Positions 46,709 through 56,556 of a stretch of DNA of 64,000 nt are shown here, one piece after another; position 1 is the stretch's first letter, and each line of letters starts with the position of its first letter. The stretch is from assembly GCA_964640995.1 (NCBI GenBank), contig CAZXJJ010000006.1, positions 1,964 to 65,963 on the forward strand. The letters run 5' to 3'. The stretch comes from an uncultured Caldisericota bacterium (GTDB lineage: Bacteria > Caldisericota > Caldisericia > B22-G15). Below the pieces are notes generated by a model that made no database searches, was not told the DNA's origin, and saw only the letters and a program-made list of their open reading frames with translations. Made by a program: the position numbers and the translations under genes.

Positions 46709-49180
46709 ATGAATATGAAAAAGATTTATTTAATAGATGGAAGCTCTCTTCTTTTTCGTACATATTTTGCACTACCTCCTCTTATAAATTCAAGAGGTGA
46801 ACCAACAGGTGCTACTTATGGATTTGTTAGAATTTTACTCAATTTAATTGATAGCGAGAATCCAGAATATATTGCAGTATCTTTTGATAAAGGTGCTCCG
46901 ACTTTTAGAATCGATGTTTTACCTCAATATAAAGAAAATAGACCAAAGGCTCCACCTGAAATAAAAATTCAAAAAGAAAGAGTTCAAGAAATACTTAAAA
47001 GTTTTGGTATTAAAACAATTGAAATAGAAGGATATGAAGGCGATGATATAATTGGTGCCATCAAAAACAATGCAGAAAAAGAGAATTTTTATTCAATTAT
47101 TATTACAGCAGATAGAGATTTATTACAACTATTAACAGATAATAGCGAAGTTCGATTAACTAAAAAAGGTATAACAGATATTGAAGTTTATACAAGGGAT
47201 AAATTTTTAAAAGAATTTGAAATTCCACCTGAAAGATTGCCTGAACTAAAAGCACTTATTGGAGATCCTTCTGATAATATACCTCGAATACCTTCAATCG
47301 GAGAAAAAAGTGGGATTAAAATTTTAAAAGATTATAAATCTATATTTGATTTGATAGAAAATCCACCTTCTGGAAAAATTGGAGAAATTATCAGGGAGTA
47401 TAAAGATCAAATTCTTTCTTCATATGAAGTTGCAAAGATAAAAACTGATTTAGATTTAAGAATATCAATATCTGTATTGAAAAGAGAAGAAATGAAAACA
47501 AATAACATTATTAAAATATTTTCTGAATTAGAGTTTCATTCTTTGATGGATAAGTTTAAAGTCCCCGAAAAAAAGATTGATATGAATTGGATTTCTTGGG
47601 AAGATCTTTTAAGTGAAGATAAAATATCTTTTTTGAAGAGTGATGGAGAAATTTTATTTTATTGCAAAAAGGGATTTTTTAAAGGAAATAAAGATGATTT
47701 ATCTAAATTAAATAATGAAAAAATTTTGATTACACACAATTTCAAAAATATAATATCAAGTTTCTATCCTTTAGATTTTAAAAACAATATATTTGATACT
47801 GAACTTGCAAGTTATATATTGAATACAAATAAAAAAAATTATGAATTAAGCACATTAGTACCTTTATATTTAGGTGAAAATGTATCTTCTGAGAACTATG
47901 AAAGTTTATTACCAAAATTATTAAATTTAGGGGAAATTTTGTATAAAGAAATAGAAAATTGTTATCTTAAAAATCTTCTTTTTGATATTGAACTTCCTAT
48001 TTCATATGTGTTAGCAGATATGGAATTTTATGGAGTAAAAGCTAATAAAGAGAAATTAATAAAAATTAGGGATGAATTGAAGAAAAAAATTGAAAAATTA
48101 ACAATTGAAATTTCAGAAATAGCAGGTTTTCCTGTTAACCCTCAATCTCCAAAACAGGTGAGTTTTCTTTTATACGAAAAATTAGGTCTTAAGAACTTTC
48201 TTAAAAATAAGAAAAATATTTCAACTGATCAGGAAACTTTGATAGAACTTCTCTCATATCACCCAATTATCGAAAAAATTATAGAATTTAGAGAACTAAA
48301 TAAACTTCTAACAACCTATTTCAATGTTTTACCTGAACTTGTTGATAAAGATAGTCGCTTACATACAACTTTTATTCAAACTGGAACAGCAACAGGTAGA
48401 ATTATTTCCAAGGAGCCAAATTTACAAAATATACCAATTAGAACAGAATTTGGAAAAAAAGTCAGAGAGGCATTTATCTCCGATGATGGTTATATTTTAA
48501 CCTCTTTTGATTATTCTCAGATAGAATTAAGAATTCTTGCTCATTTTTCTTCTGATGAAAATTTAATTGAAGCATTTAGAAGTGGAATTGACATTCATAC
48601 AGAAACTGCATCTCAACTATTTTCAATACCCATAGAAAATGTAACCGACGAGCAGAGAAGAAAAGCAAAAACAATAAACTATGGAATAATATATGGAATG
48701 AGTTCTCATGGTTTAGCAAGAGAGTTAAAAATTCCTGAAAGTGAAGCAAAAGTTTATATAGATATGTATTTTAATAAATTTAGAGGGGTTAAAAAATTCA
48801 TAGATAATATCATAAGTGAAGCTAAAGAAAAGGGTTATGTTGAAACTATACTTGGTAGAAGAAGATACATTCCTGAATTTAAATCAAGAAATTCAAATCT
48901 TGTTAAATTTGGAGAAAGAGTTGCAATTAACACTCCAATTCAAGGATCTGGAGCAGATATTATCAAAGCAAGTATGGTGAATATTTGGAATAAATTAAAA
49001 AATAAAAAATCGAGAATAGTTTTACAAATACATGATGAGTTATTATTAGAGGTTCATCAAGATGAAATTGATGAAATTGTTCCTATGGTTAAAAATGAGA
49101 TGGAAAACACTATTAAACTTTCTGTTCCAGTTAAAGTTGATTATGGAATTGGTAAAAATTGGCTTGAGTGTAAAAAATGA
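46709..49180 (+). CDS. polA: DNA polymerase I
   Basis: 5'-3' exonuclease domain (..YLIDGSSLLFRTYFAL.., ..GYEGDDIIG..), polymerase motifs A (..DYSQIELRILAH..), B (..RRKAKTINYGIIYGMS..) and C (..QIHDELLLEV..). 823 aa. Confidence 0.93.
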   Translation: MNMKKIYLIDGSSLLFRTYFALPPLINSRGEPTGATYGFVRILLNLIDSENPEYIAVSFDKGAPTFRIDVLPQYKENRPKAPPEIKIQKERVQEILKSFGIKTIEIEGYEGDDIIGAIKNNAEKENFYSIIITADRDLLQLLTDNSEVRLTKKGITDIEVYTRDKFLKEFEIPPERLPELKALIGDPSDNIPRIPSIGEKSGIKILKDYKSIFDLIENPPSGKIGEIIREYKDQILSSYEVAKIKTDLDLRISISVLKREEMKTNNIIKIFSELEFHSLMDKFKVPEKKIDMNWISWEDLLSEDKISFLKSDGEILFYCKKGFFKGNKDDLSKLNNEKILITHNFKNIISSFYPLDFKNNIFDTELASYILNTNKKNYELSTLVPLYLGENVSSENYESLLPKLLNLGEILYKEIENCYLKNLLFDIELPISYVLADMEFYGVKANKEKLIKIRDELKKKIEKLTIEISEIAGFPVNPQSPKQVSFLLYEKLGLKNFLKNKKNISTDQETLIELLSYHPIIEKIIEFRELNKLLTTYFNVLPELVDKDSRLHTTFIQTGTATGRIISKEPNLQNIPIRTEFGKKVREAFISDDGYILTSFDYSQIELRILAHFSSDENLIEAFRSGIDIHTETASQLFSIPIENVTDEQRRKAKTINYGIIYGMSSHGLARELKIPESEAKVYIDMYFNKFRGVKKFIDNIISEAKEKGYVETILGRRRYIPEFKSRNSNLVKFGERVAINTPIQGSGADIIKASMVNIWNKLKNKKSRIVLQIHDELLLEVHQDEIDEIVPMVKNEMENTIKLSVPVKVDYGIGKNWLECKK

Positions 49181-49776
49181 AACTTATAGGTCTTACAGGT
49201 AATATTGCATCAGGAAAGTCAAAAATAAGTGACTATTTAAAATCAAAAGGTTTTAAAATAATTGATGCTGATTCAATTGGAAAAACTGTTTTAAGTATTG
49301 ATAGTGTAAAAAATAAAATTATAAGATCATTTGGTAAAAATATTTTAAATGAAGATGGCTCTATTGATAGAAGAGAGCTTGGAAGAATTGTTTTTTCATC
49401 AAAAGAAAATCTTAAAAAATTAAATAGAATAACTTTACCAATTTTAACTAAATTAGTTAAAAGAAAGATAAGTGAGTTAAAGAAGAAAAAAGTAAAATAT
49501 GCTGTTCTTGATGCTGCAATTTTAATAGAAGCGGGCTGGCATAAACTTGTAGATGAGGTATGGGTAGTTTACACTGATTCTGAAACTCAACTTGAGAGAT
49601 TAATAAAAAGAGAAAATTATAGTCTTGAGGAAGCGAAAAATAGAATTGAAGCACAATTAAATATTGAAGAGAAATTAAAATATGCTGATAAAGTAGTAGA
49701 TAATTCTCATAATTGGGAAAACACCAAAAGACAAATTGATAAAATTTTAGATGAATTATTCACTAATGAAACTTAG
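49177..49776 (+). CDS. coaE: Dephospho-CoA kinase
   Basis: MKLIGLTGNIASGKSKISDYLKSKGFKIIDADSIGK... (P-loop); directly follows polA, as in many bacteria. Confidence 0.88.
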   Translation: MKLIGLTGNIASGKSKISDYLKSKGFKIIDADSIGKTVLSIDSVKNKIIRSFGKNILNEDGSIDRRELGRIVFSSKENLKKLNRITLPILTKLVKRKISELKKKKVKYAVLDAAILIEAGWHKLVDEVWVVYTDSETQLERLIKRENYSLEEAKNRIEAQLNIEEKLKYADKVVDNSHNWENTKRQIDKILDELFTNET

Positions 49777-50494
49777 TTTTTCGAAAATTAGAACATATAT
49801 TGAATGTCCTTTAAAATATTATTTTTTATATGAGTTGAAACTCAAGGAGAAACCAAAACCATATAAATCTTTTGGAAAATCGCTACATTTAACACTTTCA
49901 AAATTTCATACTTTACCAAAATATCCTTCTTTTGAGAAGTTAAAAGAAATATATGAAAATTACTGGATAAAAGATGGATTTAAAGATAGTGAAGAAGAAA
50001 GAAGAGAATTTTTAAGAGGTCTTGAATTATTAAAGAAATATTATTATAAAAATATTTTTAACTACGAAATTGCATTTAAAGTTGAGAAAGAAGTGAAATT
50101 CAATTTTAATGAATTTGAAATTCATGGCTTTATAGATAGAATTGATAAAATAAATGATGATTTTGAACTTATTGAATATAAAACAGGAAAATATAATCTT
50201 GATTTTAACTCTTTAGGACTTGTTGATGAAAGTGAGATTCTTCAAATTTCAATTTATTATTTTGCATTTGAAAATGAATTTAAAAAACCTCCTAGATTTT
50301 TATCTATTTATTATCTATCACTGGATTTTAATTGCAAAAAAAGAGTTTTTTTAAATGAAGAAAATTTAAAAAAGTCACTTGATCTAATAATAAAAATAGG
50401 AACAAAAATCAAAAATAAAGAATTTTATAAAAAAGAGAATAACTTTTGTAAATTTTGTGATTTTAGAGAGGAGTGTTCGGAATGGAAAAAATAA
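49751..50494 (+). CDS. Cas4-like PD-(D/E)XK nuclease with four-cysteine (Fe-S) motif, not CRISPR-associated here
   Basis: N-terminal Cys (..YIECPLKYYF..), RecB-like motifs ..GFIDRID...ELIEYKTGK.., and C-terminal CKFCDFREEC (Cx2Cx5C). Resembles the PDDEXK_1/DUF83 family. Confidence 0.65.
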   Translation: MNYSLMKLSFSKIRTYIECPLKYYFLYELKLKEKPKPYKSFGKSLHLTLSKFHTLPKYPSFEKLKEIYENYWIKDGFKDSEEERREFLRGLELLKKYYYKNIFNYEIAFKVEKEVKFNFNEFEIHGFIDRIDKINDDFELIEYKTGKYNLDFNSLGLVDESEILQISIYYFAFENEFKKPPRFLSIYYLSLDFNCKKRVFLNEENLKKSLDLIIKIGTKIKNKEFYKKENNFCKFCDFREECSEWKK

Positions 50495-51885
50495 GAGTAA
50501 GATTCGCACCATCTCCAACTGGTTTACTTCATATTGGAAGTGTAAGAACAGCATTTATAAATTATCTTTTTTCAAAAAAAGAGAAAGGAATATTTGTATT
50601 AAGAATTGAAGATACTGATATTGAAAGGTCAACAAAAGAGTCAGTTGATGCAATATTAAATGGATTGGAATGGTTGAATATTTTCTGGGATGAAGGTCCA
50701 TATTTTCAAAGTGAAAGACTAAACATATATAAAAAATACCTTCAAATTCTTCTGGACAAAAATTATGCTTATCCATGTTTTTGTAAAAAGGAAGAAATTG
50801 AAAAAGAAAAAGAGGAAGCTGCAAAGAAAGGAAAAATTTATAAATATAGCGGTAAATGTAAAAATTTGACTCAAGATGAGATTTATAAAAAATTAAATTT
50901 AAATGAAGAACATGTATATAGATTTAGAATACCAAATGGGAAAGTTGCTTTTAATGATTTAATCAAAGGTGTGGTTGAATTTGATAATGAAATTTTGGAT
51001 GATTTCATAATTGTAAGAAGCGATGGTATGCCAGTTTACAACTTTTCTTGTGTTGTTGATGATATTGAAATGAAAATAACTCATGTTGTTAGGGGAGAAG
51101 ATCATCTTTCAAATACACATAAACAAATACTTTTGTATTATGCACTGGGATTTGAACCACCAAAATTTGGACATTTACCTCTTATTCTTGGAAAAGATAG
51201 AGAAAAATTATCTAAAAGACATGGATCTGTTTCAATAGAAGAATTCAAAAAAGAGGGTTTTATTCCTGATGCAATTTTAAATTACATTTTTCTAATCGGA
51301 TTTTCTTTAAAGGAGTCAAAAGAAATATTTACGATTGAGGAAATGATAAATTTATTTTCATTTGATAAAATTTCTAAAAGTTCCCCTGTTTTTGACCATG
51401 ATAAACTTAGATGGTTAAATTCATACTATATAAGAAATTTAGATAATGAGAAATTTTTAAAAATTGCTGATGAATTTATTCCACAAGAATTAAAAACAAA
51501 AGGAGTTGAATTTTTAAAAAAACTTTTAATAGAGATAAAAGGGAATATTAAAGTTTTAAGTGATATAGAAAATCTTACAGAATATTTCTATAAAGAACCT
51601 GTTTATAATGAAACAGAGATTTTAAATATCAAACAAAACAAAAAATTTATTAATTTTTTGAGATTATTATATGAGAAATTAAAACATTTGGAGATTTTTG
51701 AAAGTAGTCAAATTGAGAATATTATTAAGACAATTTTAAATGAATTAAATCTTCAATTGAAGGAGATTGCGCAGTCTTTAAGATACATTTTAACTGGTAG
51801 ATATGCATCCCCTGGTTTATATATTTTAATAGAACTCTTAGGTAAAGATATTGTTTCAAAAAGAATAGAAAATTTAATATGTTAA
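50482..51885 (+). CDS. gltX: Glutamyl-tRNA synthetase (copy 2)
   Basis: MEKIRVRFAPSPTGLLHIGSVRTAFINYLFSK...LRIEDTD, zinc-binding CFC...C, KLSKRHG. AGGAG 50467-50471 then ATG 50482; the track ORF begins at GTG 50473. Paralog of 15144-16574. Confidence 0.9.
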   Translation: MEKIRVRFAPSPTGLLHIGSVRTAFINYLFSKKEKGIFVLRIEDTDIERSTKESVDAILNGLEWLNIFWDEGPYFQSERLNIYKKYLQILLDKNYAYPCFCKKEEIEKEKEEAAKKGKIYKYSGKCKNLTQDEIYKKLNLNEEHVYRFRIPNGKVAFNDLIKGVVEFDNEILDDFIIVRSDGMPVYNFSCVVDDIEMKITHVVRGEDHLSNTHKQILLYYALGFEPPKFGHLPLILGKDREKLSKRHGSVSIEEFKKEGFIPDAILNYIFLIGFSLKESKEIFTIEEMINLFSFDKISKSSPVFDHDKLRWLNSYYIRNLDNEKFLKIADEFIPQELKTKGVEFLKKLLIEIKGNIKVLSDIENLTEYFYKEPVYNETEILNIKQNKKFINFLRLLYEKLKHLEIFESSQIENIIKTILNELNLQLKEIAQSLRYILTGRYASPGLYILIELLGKDIVSKRIENLIC

Positions 51886-51909
51886 AATGAATTTAGAGGT
51901 TTTAAAAAG

Positions 51910-52428
51910 ATGTTTTGTGACATATGTAAAAAAAGAGAAGCGACAATTTTTATAACAGAGATAATAAATGGAGAGAAGAAAGCACTTCACCTTTGTTTTG
52001 AATGTGCTACTAATCTTGGTTTAAAAGGAATTCTAAAAGAATTAAATATTCCTTACGATGAGAATATTATAAAAAAATTTTTAACTTTGATGCCCGGATT
52101 TATTGATGAAGTTAAGGATGAAAAAGTATGTAATAATTGTGGAACTAAATTTGAAGAGTTTAAGAAGAGTGGTTTTTTAGGGTGTAGTGGTTGTTATAAC
52201 ACTTTTAAAGATGATTTAAGACCTATTATTTTAAATTTACATGGAAGTATGAAGCACACTGGAAAGAGAAAAGGTGAAAAATTTACACCAAAAACAACTA
52301 TAGATGAAAAAATTAAAAAATTAAAAAAAGAACTTGATTATGCGATTGAAGAAGAAAGATATGAAGATGCTGCGAAAATAAGGGATAAAATAAAAGAACT
52401 TTTAAGTAATGTTAAAAATAATTCTTAA
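51910..52428 (+). CDS. mcsA: McsA-like protein-arginine kinase activator (zinc fingers + UVR domain)
   Basis: CDICKKREAT...HLCFECA and CNNCGTKFEEF...GCSGCY zinc-finger pairs, plus a C-terminal UVR-like ..EERYEDAAKIRDKIKEL. Lies directly upstream of mcsB. Confidence 0.75.
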   Translation: MFCDICKKREATIFITEIINGEKKALHLCFECATNLGLKGILKELNIPYDENIIKKFLTLMPGFIDEVKDEKVCNNCGTKFEEFKKSGFLGCSGCYNTFKDDLRPIILNLHGSMKHTGKRKGEKFTPKTTIDEKIKKLKKELDYAIEEERYEDAAKIRDKIKELLSNVKNNS

Positions 52429-53461
52429 GAATCTTCCAAATTGGATAAAAAATTATGGTATTGATGGTGATGTAATAATAAGCAGTAGAATTAGATTAGC
52501 AAGAAATTTAGAAGGCTATAAATTTCCATTAAAATGTTCAGTTCAGGAAAAAAATGAATTAGTGTTTAAAATAAAAGATACCTTTGAAAATTGCAATTTT
52601 TATAAAAAATTCAAACTTTTTGGTCTGAATTTAATTGAATTAAATGATTTTGAAAGATTGGCTCTAGTTGAAATGCATATAGTTTCGCCATTATTCATTG
52701 AAAATCCATATGGAAAGTATCTTTATTTGAATGAGGATGGTTCTATAAGTGTAATGATTAATGAAGAAGATCATATAAGAATTCAGATAATTAAAGAAGG
52801 TTTTTCACTTGATGATATAATTAGAACTATTTTCGAAATTTCAGATGAATTAGAAGATAAAATTGAAATATCTTTTTCAAATAGTTTAGGTTATATAACA
52901 TCTTGTCCTACAAATTTAGGTACAGGTTTAAGAACCTCTCTTTTAACACATTTACCAGTGTTAACTTTTACGGGAAAGATTAATGAAATTATTGAGAATT
53001 CAACAAAATTTTCAATTACTATTAGAGGTACATTTGGTGAAGGAAGTGATATAGTGTCATCACTTTTTCAAATTTCTAATACAACAACTCTTGGAAAAAG
53101 CGAAGAAAATATAATTGATAATGTAAAAAAAATCGGTAAAGAAATTATAAAAATTGAAAGAGAAGAAAGGGAGAAATACTTTCTTAAAAATAAAAATTTT
53201 TTGTTGTATGAAATTAGAAAGGCAAAAAATAAATTAAAATACTCTTATAGATTATCTTATAAAGATGCAAGTGAAATGCTTTCAATTTTAAGATTGGGTT
53301 CTATTCTAAAATTAATCGAAATTCCCATTGAATTAATTAATGAACTTTTAATAAAAATAAGATCAAATATTATGAAAATTGAATTTGATACTTCTTTAGA
53401 TAGTTTAATTGATAGTTTAAGGGCAGAGTATATTAAAAATAGTTTGAAGGATTATTTATGA
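52409..53461 (+). CDS. mcsB: Protein-arginine kinase McsB (ATP:guanido phosphotransferase)
   Basis: ..SSRIRLARNLEGYKFP.. and catalytic ..ITSCPTNLGTGLR.. of phosphagen-kinase-like McsB. Confidence 0.85.
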   Translation: MLKIILKNLPNWIKNYGIDGDVIISSRIRLARNLEGYKFPLKCSVQEKNELVFKIKDTFENCNFYKKFKLFGLNLIELNDFERLALVEMHIVSPLFIENPYGKYLYLNEDGSISVMINEEDHIRIQIIKEGFSLDDIIRTIFEISDELEDKIEISFSNSLGYITSCPTNLGTGLRTSLLTHLPVLTFTGKINEIIENSTKFSITIRGTFGEGSDIVSSLFQISNTTTLGKSEENIIDNVKKIGKEIIKIEREEREKYFLKNKNFLLYEIRKAKNKLKYSYRLSYKDASEMLSILRLGSILKLIEIPIELINELLIKIRSNIMKIEFDTSLDSLIDSLRAEYIKNSLKDYL

Positions 53462-54807
53462 ATAAACAAAATAAAAAGTTTATTTGTAAAGTTTGTGGAT
53501 ATAAATCATTTAATAAACTTGGTAAATGTCCCTATTGTGGTTCTTGGGACTCTTTTGAAGAGTTTGAAACAAATCAAGATAAACAATCTTCAAATTTTTC
53601 ATCAAAATTTGAAACTATATCTAAAATTGAAATTGAAAGAATTAGCACTGGATTTTCTGAAATAGATGAACTTTTAGGAGGTGGGTTTCTTTCTGGTTCA
53701 TTTGTATTAATATCAGGAGAGCCTGGTATAGGCAAATCAACATTACTTTTACAGATTTGTATAAATGTATCAAAAAATAAAAAAGTTTTATATATTTCAG
53801 GAGAAGAATCTAATTTACAAATATCAAGTAGAATAAAGAGATTATCAAATGAAATTCCTGAAAATTTATATTTGATGTATGAAACAGAGATTAATTACAT
53901 TATTAATGCTTTAGAAGAAATAAAACCTGATCTATTTATTATAGATTCAATTCAAGTAATGAGAGATGAAAATTTGGATTCACTTTCAGGTTCACCATCG
54001 CAAGTAAGAACTGTTACAGAAAAGTTGGGTGAATTTATAAAAAAGAACATGAAAACTGGAATAGTTGTAGGTCATATTACAAAAGAAGGTGAAATTGCTG
54101 GACCGAAACTTCTTGAACATATTGTTGATACAGTTTTATATTTAGAAGGAGAAAAGTATCAATATTATAGAATTCTTAGATGTAAAAAAAATAGATTTGG
54201 CTCAACACAAGATATTGTAATTTTATCAATGGAAGAAGAAGGATTAAAAGAAATAAAAAATCCATCATCTCTTTTTTTAACAAAAAGAGAAAAAGATGTT
54301 CCTGGAAGTACAATAGTACCAGTTCTTGAAGCAGGACAAAAGCCAATTCTTGTTGAAGTTCAAACTCTTTCAGTTCCTACTTATTATCCACAACCAAAGA
54401 GAGTAAGTTTAGGAATAGATTTGACAAGAGTTTCAATTATGATTGCTTTGGTAGAGAAATTTTTTAAGATAAATCTATCAAAATTTGATATATTTGTTAA
54501 TGTCACTGGTGGAATAAAAATTGAAGAAAGATCTCCTGATTTGCCATTGATAATATCAATATACTCTTCCCTAATTAATATACCTACTTCAAATATTGTT
54601 TCTTTTGGAGAAGTTGGATTAAGTGGAGAAGTAAGGCCTGTTTCTTTTATTAAAAGAAGAATTTTAGAGAGCATAAAACTTGGTTTTAAAAATTTTATTG
54701 TTCCAAATTTTTCAAAAGATGATATAAAATTAAATAAGGAGGTAAATTTAATAGAGATATGTAACATTAAAGAATTAAAAGAATTATTAAAAAAAGGAGT
54801 TTTATAA
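53458..54807 (+). CDS. radA: DNA repair protein RadA (Sms)
   Basis: N-terminal zinc finger (CKVCGYKS...CPYCGSW), RecA-like ATPase (..GEPGIGKSTLLLQI..), KNRFG motif, and a C-terminal Lon-protease-like domain. Confidence 0.92.
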   Translation: MNKQNKKFICKVCGYKSFNKLGKCPYCGSWDSFEEFETNQDKQSSNFSSKFETISKIEIERISTGFSEIDELLGGGFLSGSFVLISGEPGIGKSTLLLQICINVSKNKKVLYISGEESNLQISSRIKRLSNEIPENLYLMYETEINYIINALEEIKPDLFIIDSIQVMRDENLDSLSGSPSQVRTVTEKLGEFIKKNMKTGIVVGHITKEGEIAGPKLLEHIVDTVLYLEGEKYQYYRILRCKKNRFGSTQDIVILSMEEEGLKEIKNPSSLFLTKREKDVPGSTIVPVLEAGQKPILVEVQTLSVPTYYPQPKRVSLGIDLTRVSIMIALVEKFFKINLSKFDIFVNVTGGIKIEERSPDLPLIISIYSSLINIPTSNIVSFGEVGLSGEVRPVSFIKRRILESIKLGFKNFIVPNFSKDDIKLNKEVNLIEICNIKELKELLKKGVL

Positions 54808-55904
54808 TGAAGAAATTTTGGATTTTTTTTAGGTATTTTTTTTCTTTTTTAGGTGGATTAATTGGAATTTTTATCTCTTACAAATTTTTAAATTTTTTAA
54901 TTAAATTAATAAACCTTAACTATTTAATAATTTATTTAATTTTCTTTTTAATTTTTTTCTTTATATTTTACATACTAACTCCTCCATTTTCGAAACTTCT
55001 TATCTTTATAGGTAAAAATATTAATAAATTTTTCTCTTCTCTTTCTCTTCCAGAACTTTTTCTTGGTTTATTTTCAGTTTTAATTGCATTAATTATATCT
55101 TTTCTTCTTTATTCTTTAATATCAAAGATTCCATTAATTGGAATGTATCTTGGCATAGCAATTGGCCTTTTTGTTTTTGGAGTTGTTGTTTGGGCTATAC
55201 TTTCAAGAAAATCTGAAATAATTGATTCTTTCAGAAATATAGGTAGAGGCAGTGAGGATAAATTTCAAAAAGATAAGAAATTTTTCACAAAATATATACT
55301 TGATACCTCTGCAATAATTGATGGAAGAATTCTTGAACTAATTGAACTAAATTTTATTGACGGAAGAATATATATTCCAATTTTTGTTTTAGAAGAATTA
55401 CAACTTGTTGCTGATTCTGAAGATCAATCAAAAAGAATAAGGGGAAGAAGAGGTCTTGAAGTTCTTGATAGTTTAAAAGATGATTATCCAGATAAAGTTA
55501 AAATATTTGAGGAAAGAGGTGAGATTTTACCAATAGATACAAAACTTATTGAACTTACTAAAAAACTTAAAGCAAAACTAATAACAACAGATTATAATTT
55601 AACTCAAGTTTGTAGAACAAGAGGGGTTCCTGTTTTAAATATAAATGAACTTGCATTTTCTTTAAGAAAGGTTGTTTTACCAGGAGAGAAATTGGAAATT
55701 AAAATAGTGAAAGAGGGAAAAGAGAGGAATCAAGGTGTTGGATATCTTGATGATGGAACAATGGTTGTTGTTGAAGAGGGAAGATTTCATATTGGAAAAA
55801 AAGTTTTAATAGAGGTTACCTCATTCTTACAGGGTCCAACTGGAACAATGATTTTTGGGGAGATAGTTAAAGATGGTGGGGGCAGTAATAGTTGGAGGAG
55901 GTAA
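54807..55904 (+). CDS. YacL-like membrane protein with PIN and TRAM domains
   Basis: Four N-terminal TM helices, a PIN domain (..KYILDTSAIIDGRILELIE..TDYNLTQVCRTRGVPVLNINE..) and a C-terminal TRAM (..GYLDDGTMVVVEEGRFHIGKKVLIEVT..). Same position as B. subtilis yacL between radA and ispD. Confidence 0.8.
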   Translation: MKKFWIFFRYFFSFLGGLIGIFISYKFLNFLIKLINLNYLIIYLIFFLIFFFIFYILTPPFSKLLIFIGKNINKFFSSLSLPELFLGLFSVLIALIISFLLYSLISKIPLIGMYLGIAIGLFVFGVVVWAILSRKSEIIDSFRNIGRGSEDKFQKDKKFFTKYILDTSAIIDGRILELIELNFIDGRIYIPIFVLEELQLVADSEDQSKRIRGRRGLEVLDSLKDDYPDKVKIFEERGEILPIDTKLIELTKKLKAKLITTDYNLTQVCRTRGVPVLNINELAFSLRKVVLPGEKLEIKIVKEGKERNQGVGYLDDGTMVVVEEGRFHIGKKVLIEVTSFLQGPTGTMIFGEIVKDGGGSNSWRR

Positions 55905-56556
55905 AAGTAATAGATTTAAAGAAGATAAAATATTTTTCAGAATAAATGATTTTCCTTTAATATATTACACACTAACTCCTTTTTTGAAATGTGAAAAGAT
56001 TGATAAAATAGTTTTGGTTCTTTCAAAAGAAAAATTATCTGATGGCTTAAATTTGTTTAAAAATTTTAAAAAAATTGTTGGAATAGTTGAAGGAGGGGAA
56101 GAGAGAAAAAATTCAGTTTTAAATGGATTAAAATTTTTTTATGAAAATGAAAAAATTGATTATGTGTTAATACATGATGGTGCAAGAACAAATATAAAAA
56201 TTGAGTTAATAGAAAAGGTGGTTGAAAATTTAGATGAAGATTCATGTGTAATTCCAATTATACCAGTTGTTGAAACATTAAAATATATTGAAAACAATAA
56301 AGTTGTTAAAACTCTTGATAGAGATAAAATATATATAACTCAAACTCCTCAAGGATTTCCATTTATTAAGATATATGTATTATTAAATAAACATATAGAT
56401 AAAAAATTATATGATGATTCACTTGTTTTTGAACTCGAGGGTTTAAATATTAAAGTAATCGAAGGTGATACAGAAAATATTAAGGTTACATACAAAAGTG
56501 ATATATTAAAAGTAATTGATTTTATAAAAAGAAATGAAAATTGGTATAGGATTTGA
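55873..56556 (+). CDS. ispD: 2-C-methyl-D-erythritol 4-phosphate cytidylyltransferase
   Basis: MVGAVIVGGGKSNRF... glycine-rich nucleotide-binding start. ispD-ispF adjacency. Confidence 0.82.
   Translation: MVGAVIVGGGKSNRFKEDKIFFRINDFPLIYYTLTPFLKCEKIDKIVLVLSKEKLSDGLNLFKNFKKIVGIVEGGEERKNSVLNGLKFFYENEKIDYVLIHDGARTNIKIELIEKVVENLDEDSCVIPIIPVVETLKYIENNKVVKTLDRDKIYITQTPQGFPFIKIYVLLNKHIDKKLYDDSLVFELEGLNIKVIEGDTENIKVTYKSDILKVIDFIKRNENWYRI

Noticed and set aside
54384-54767. 127-aa minus-strand ORF inside radA
   Set aside because: Antisense to the conserved RadA Lon-like domain, with no recognisable motifs.
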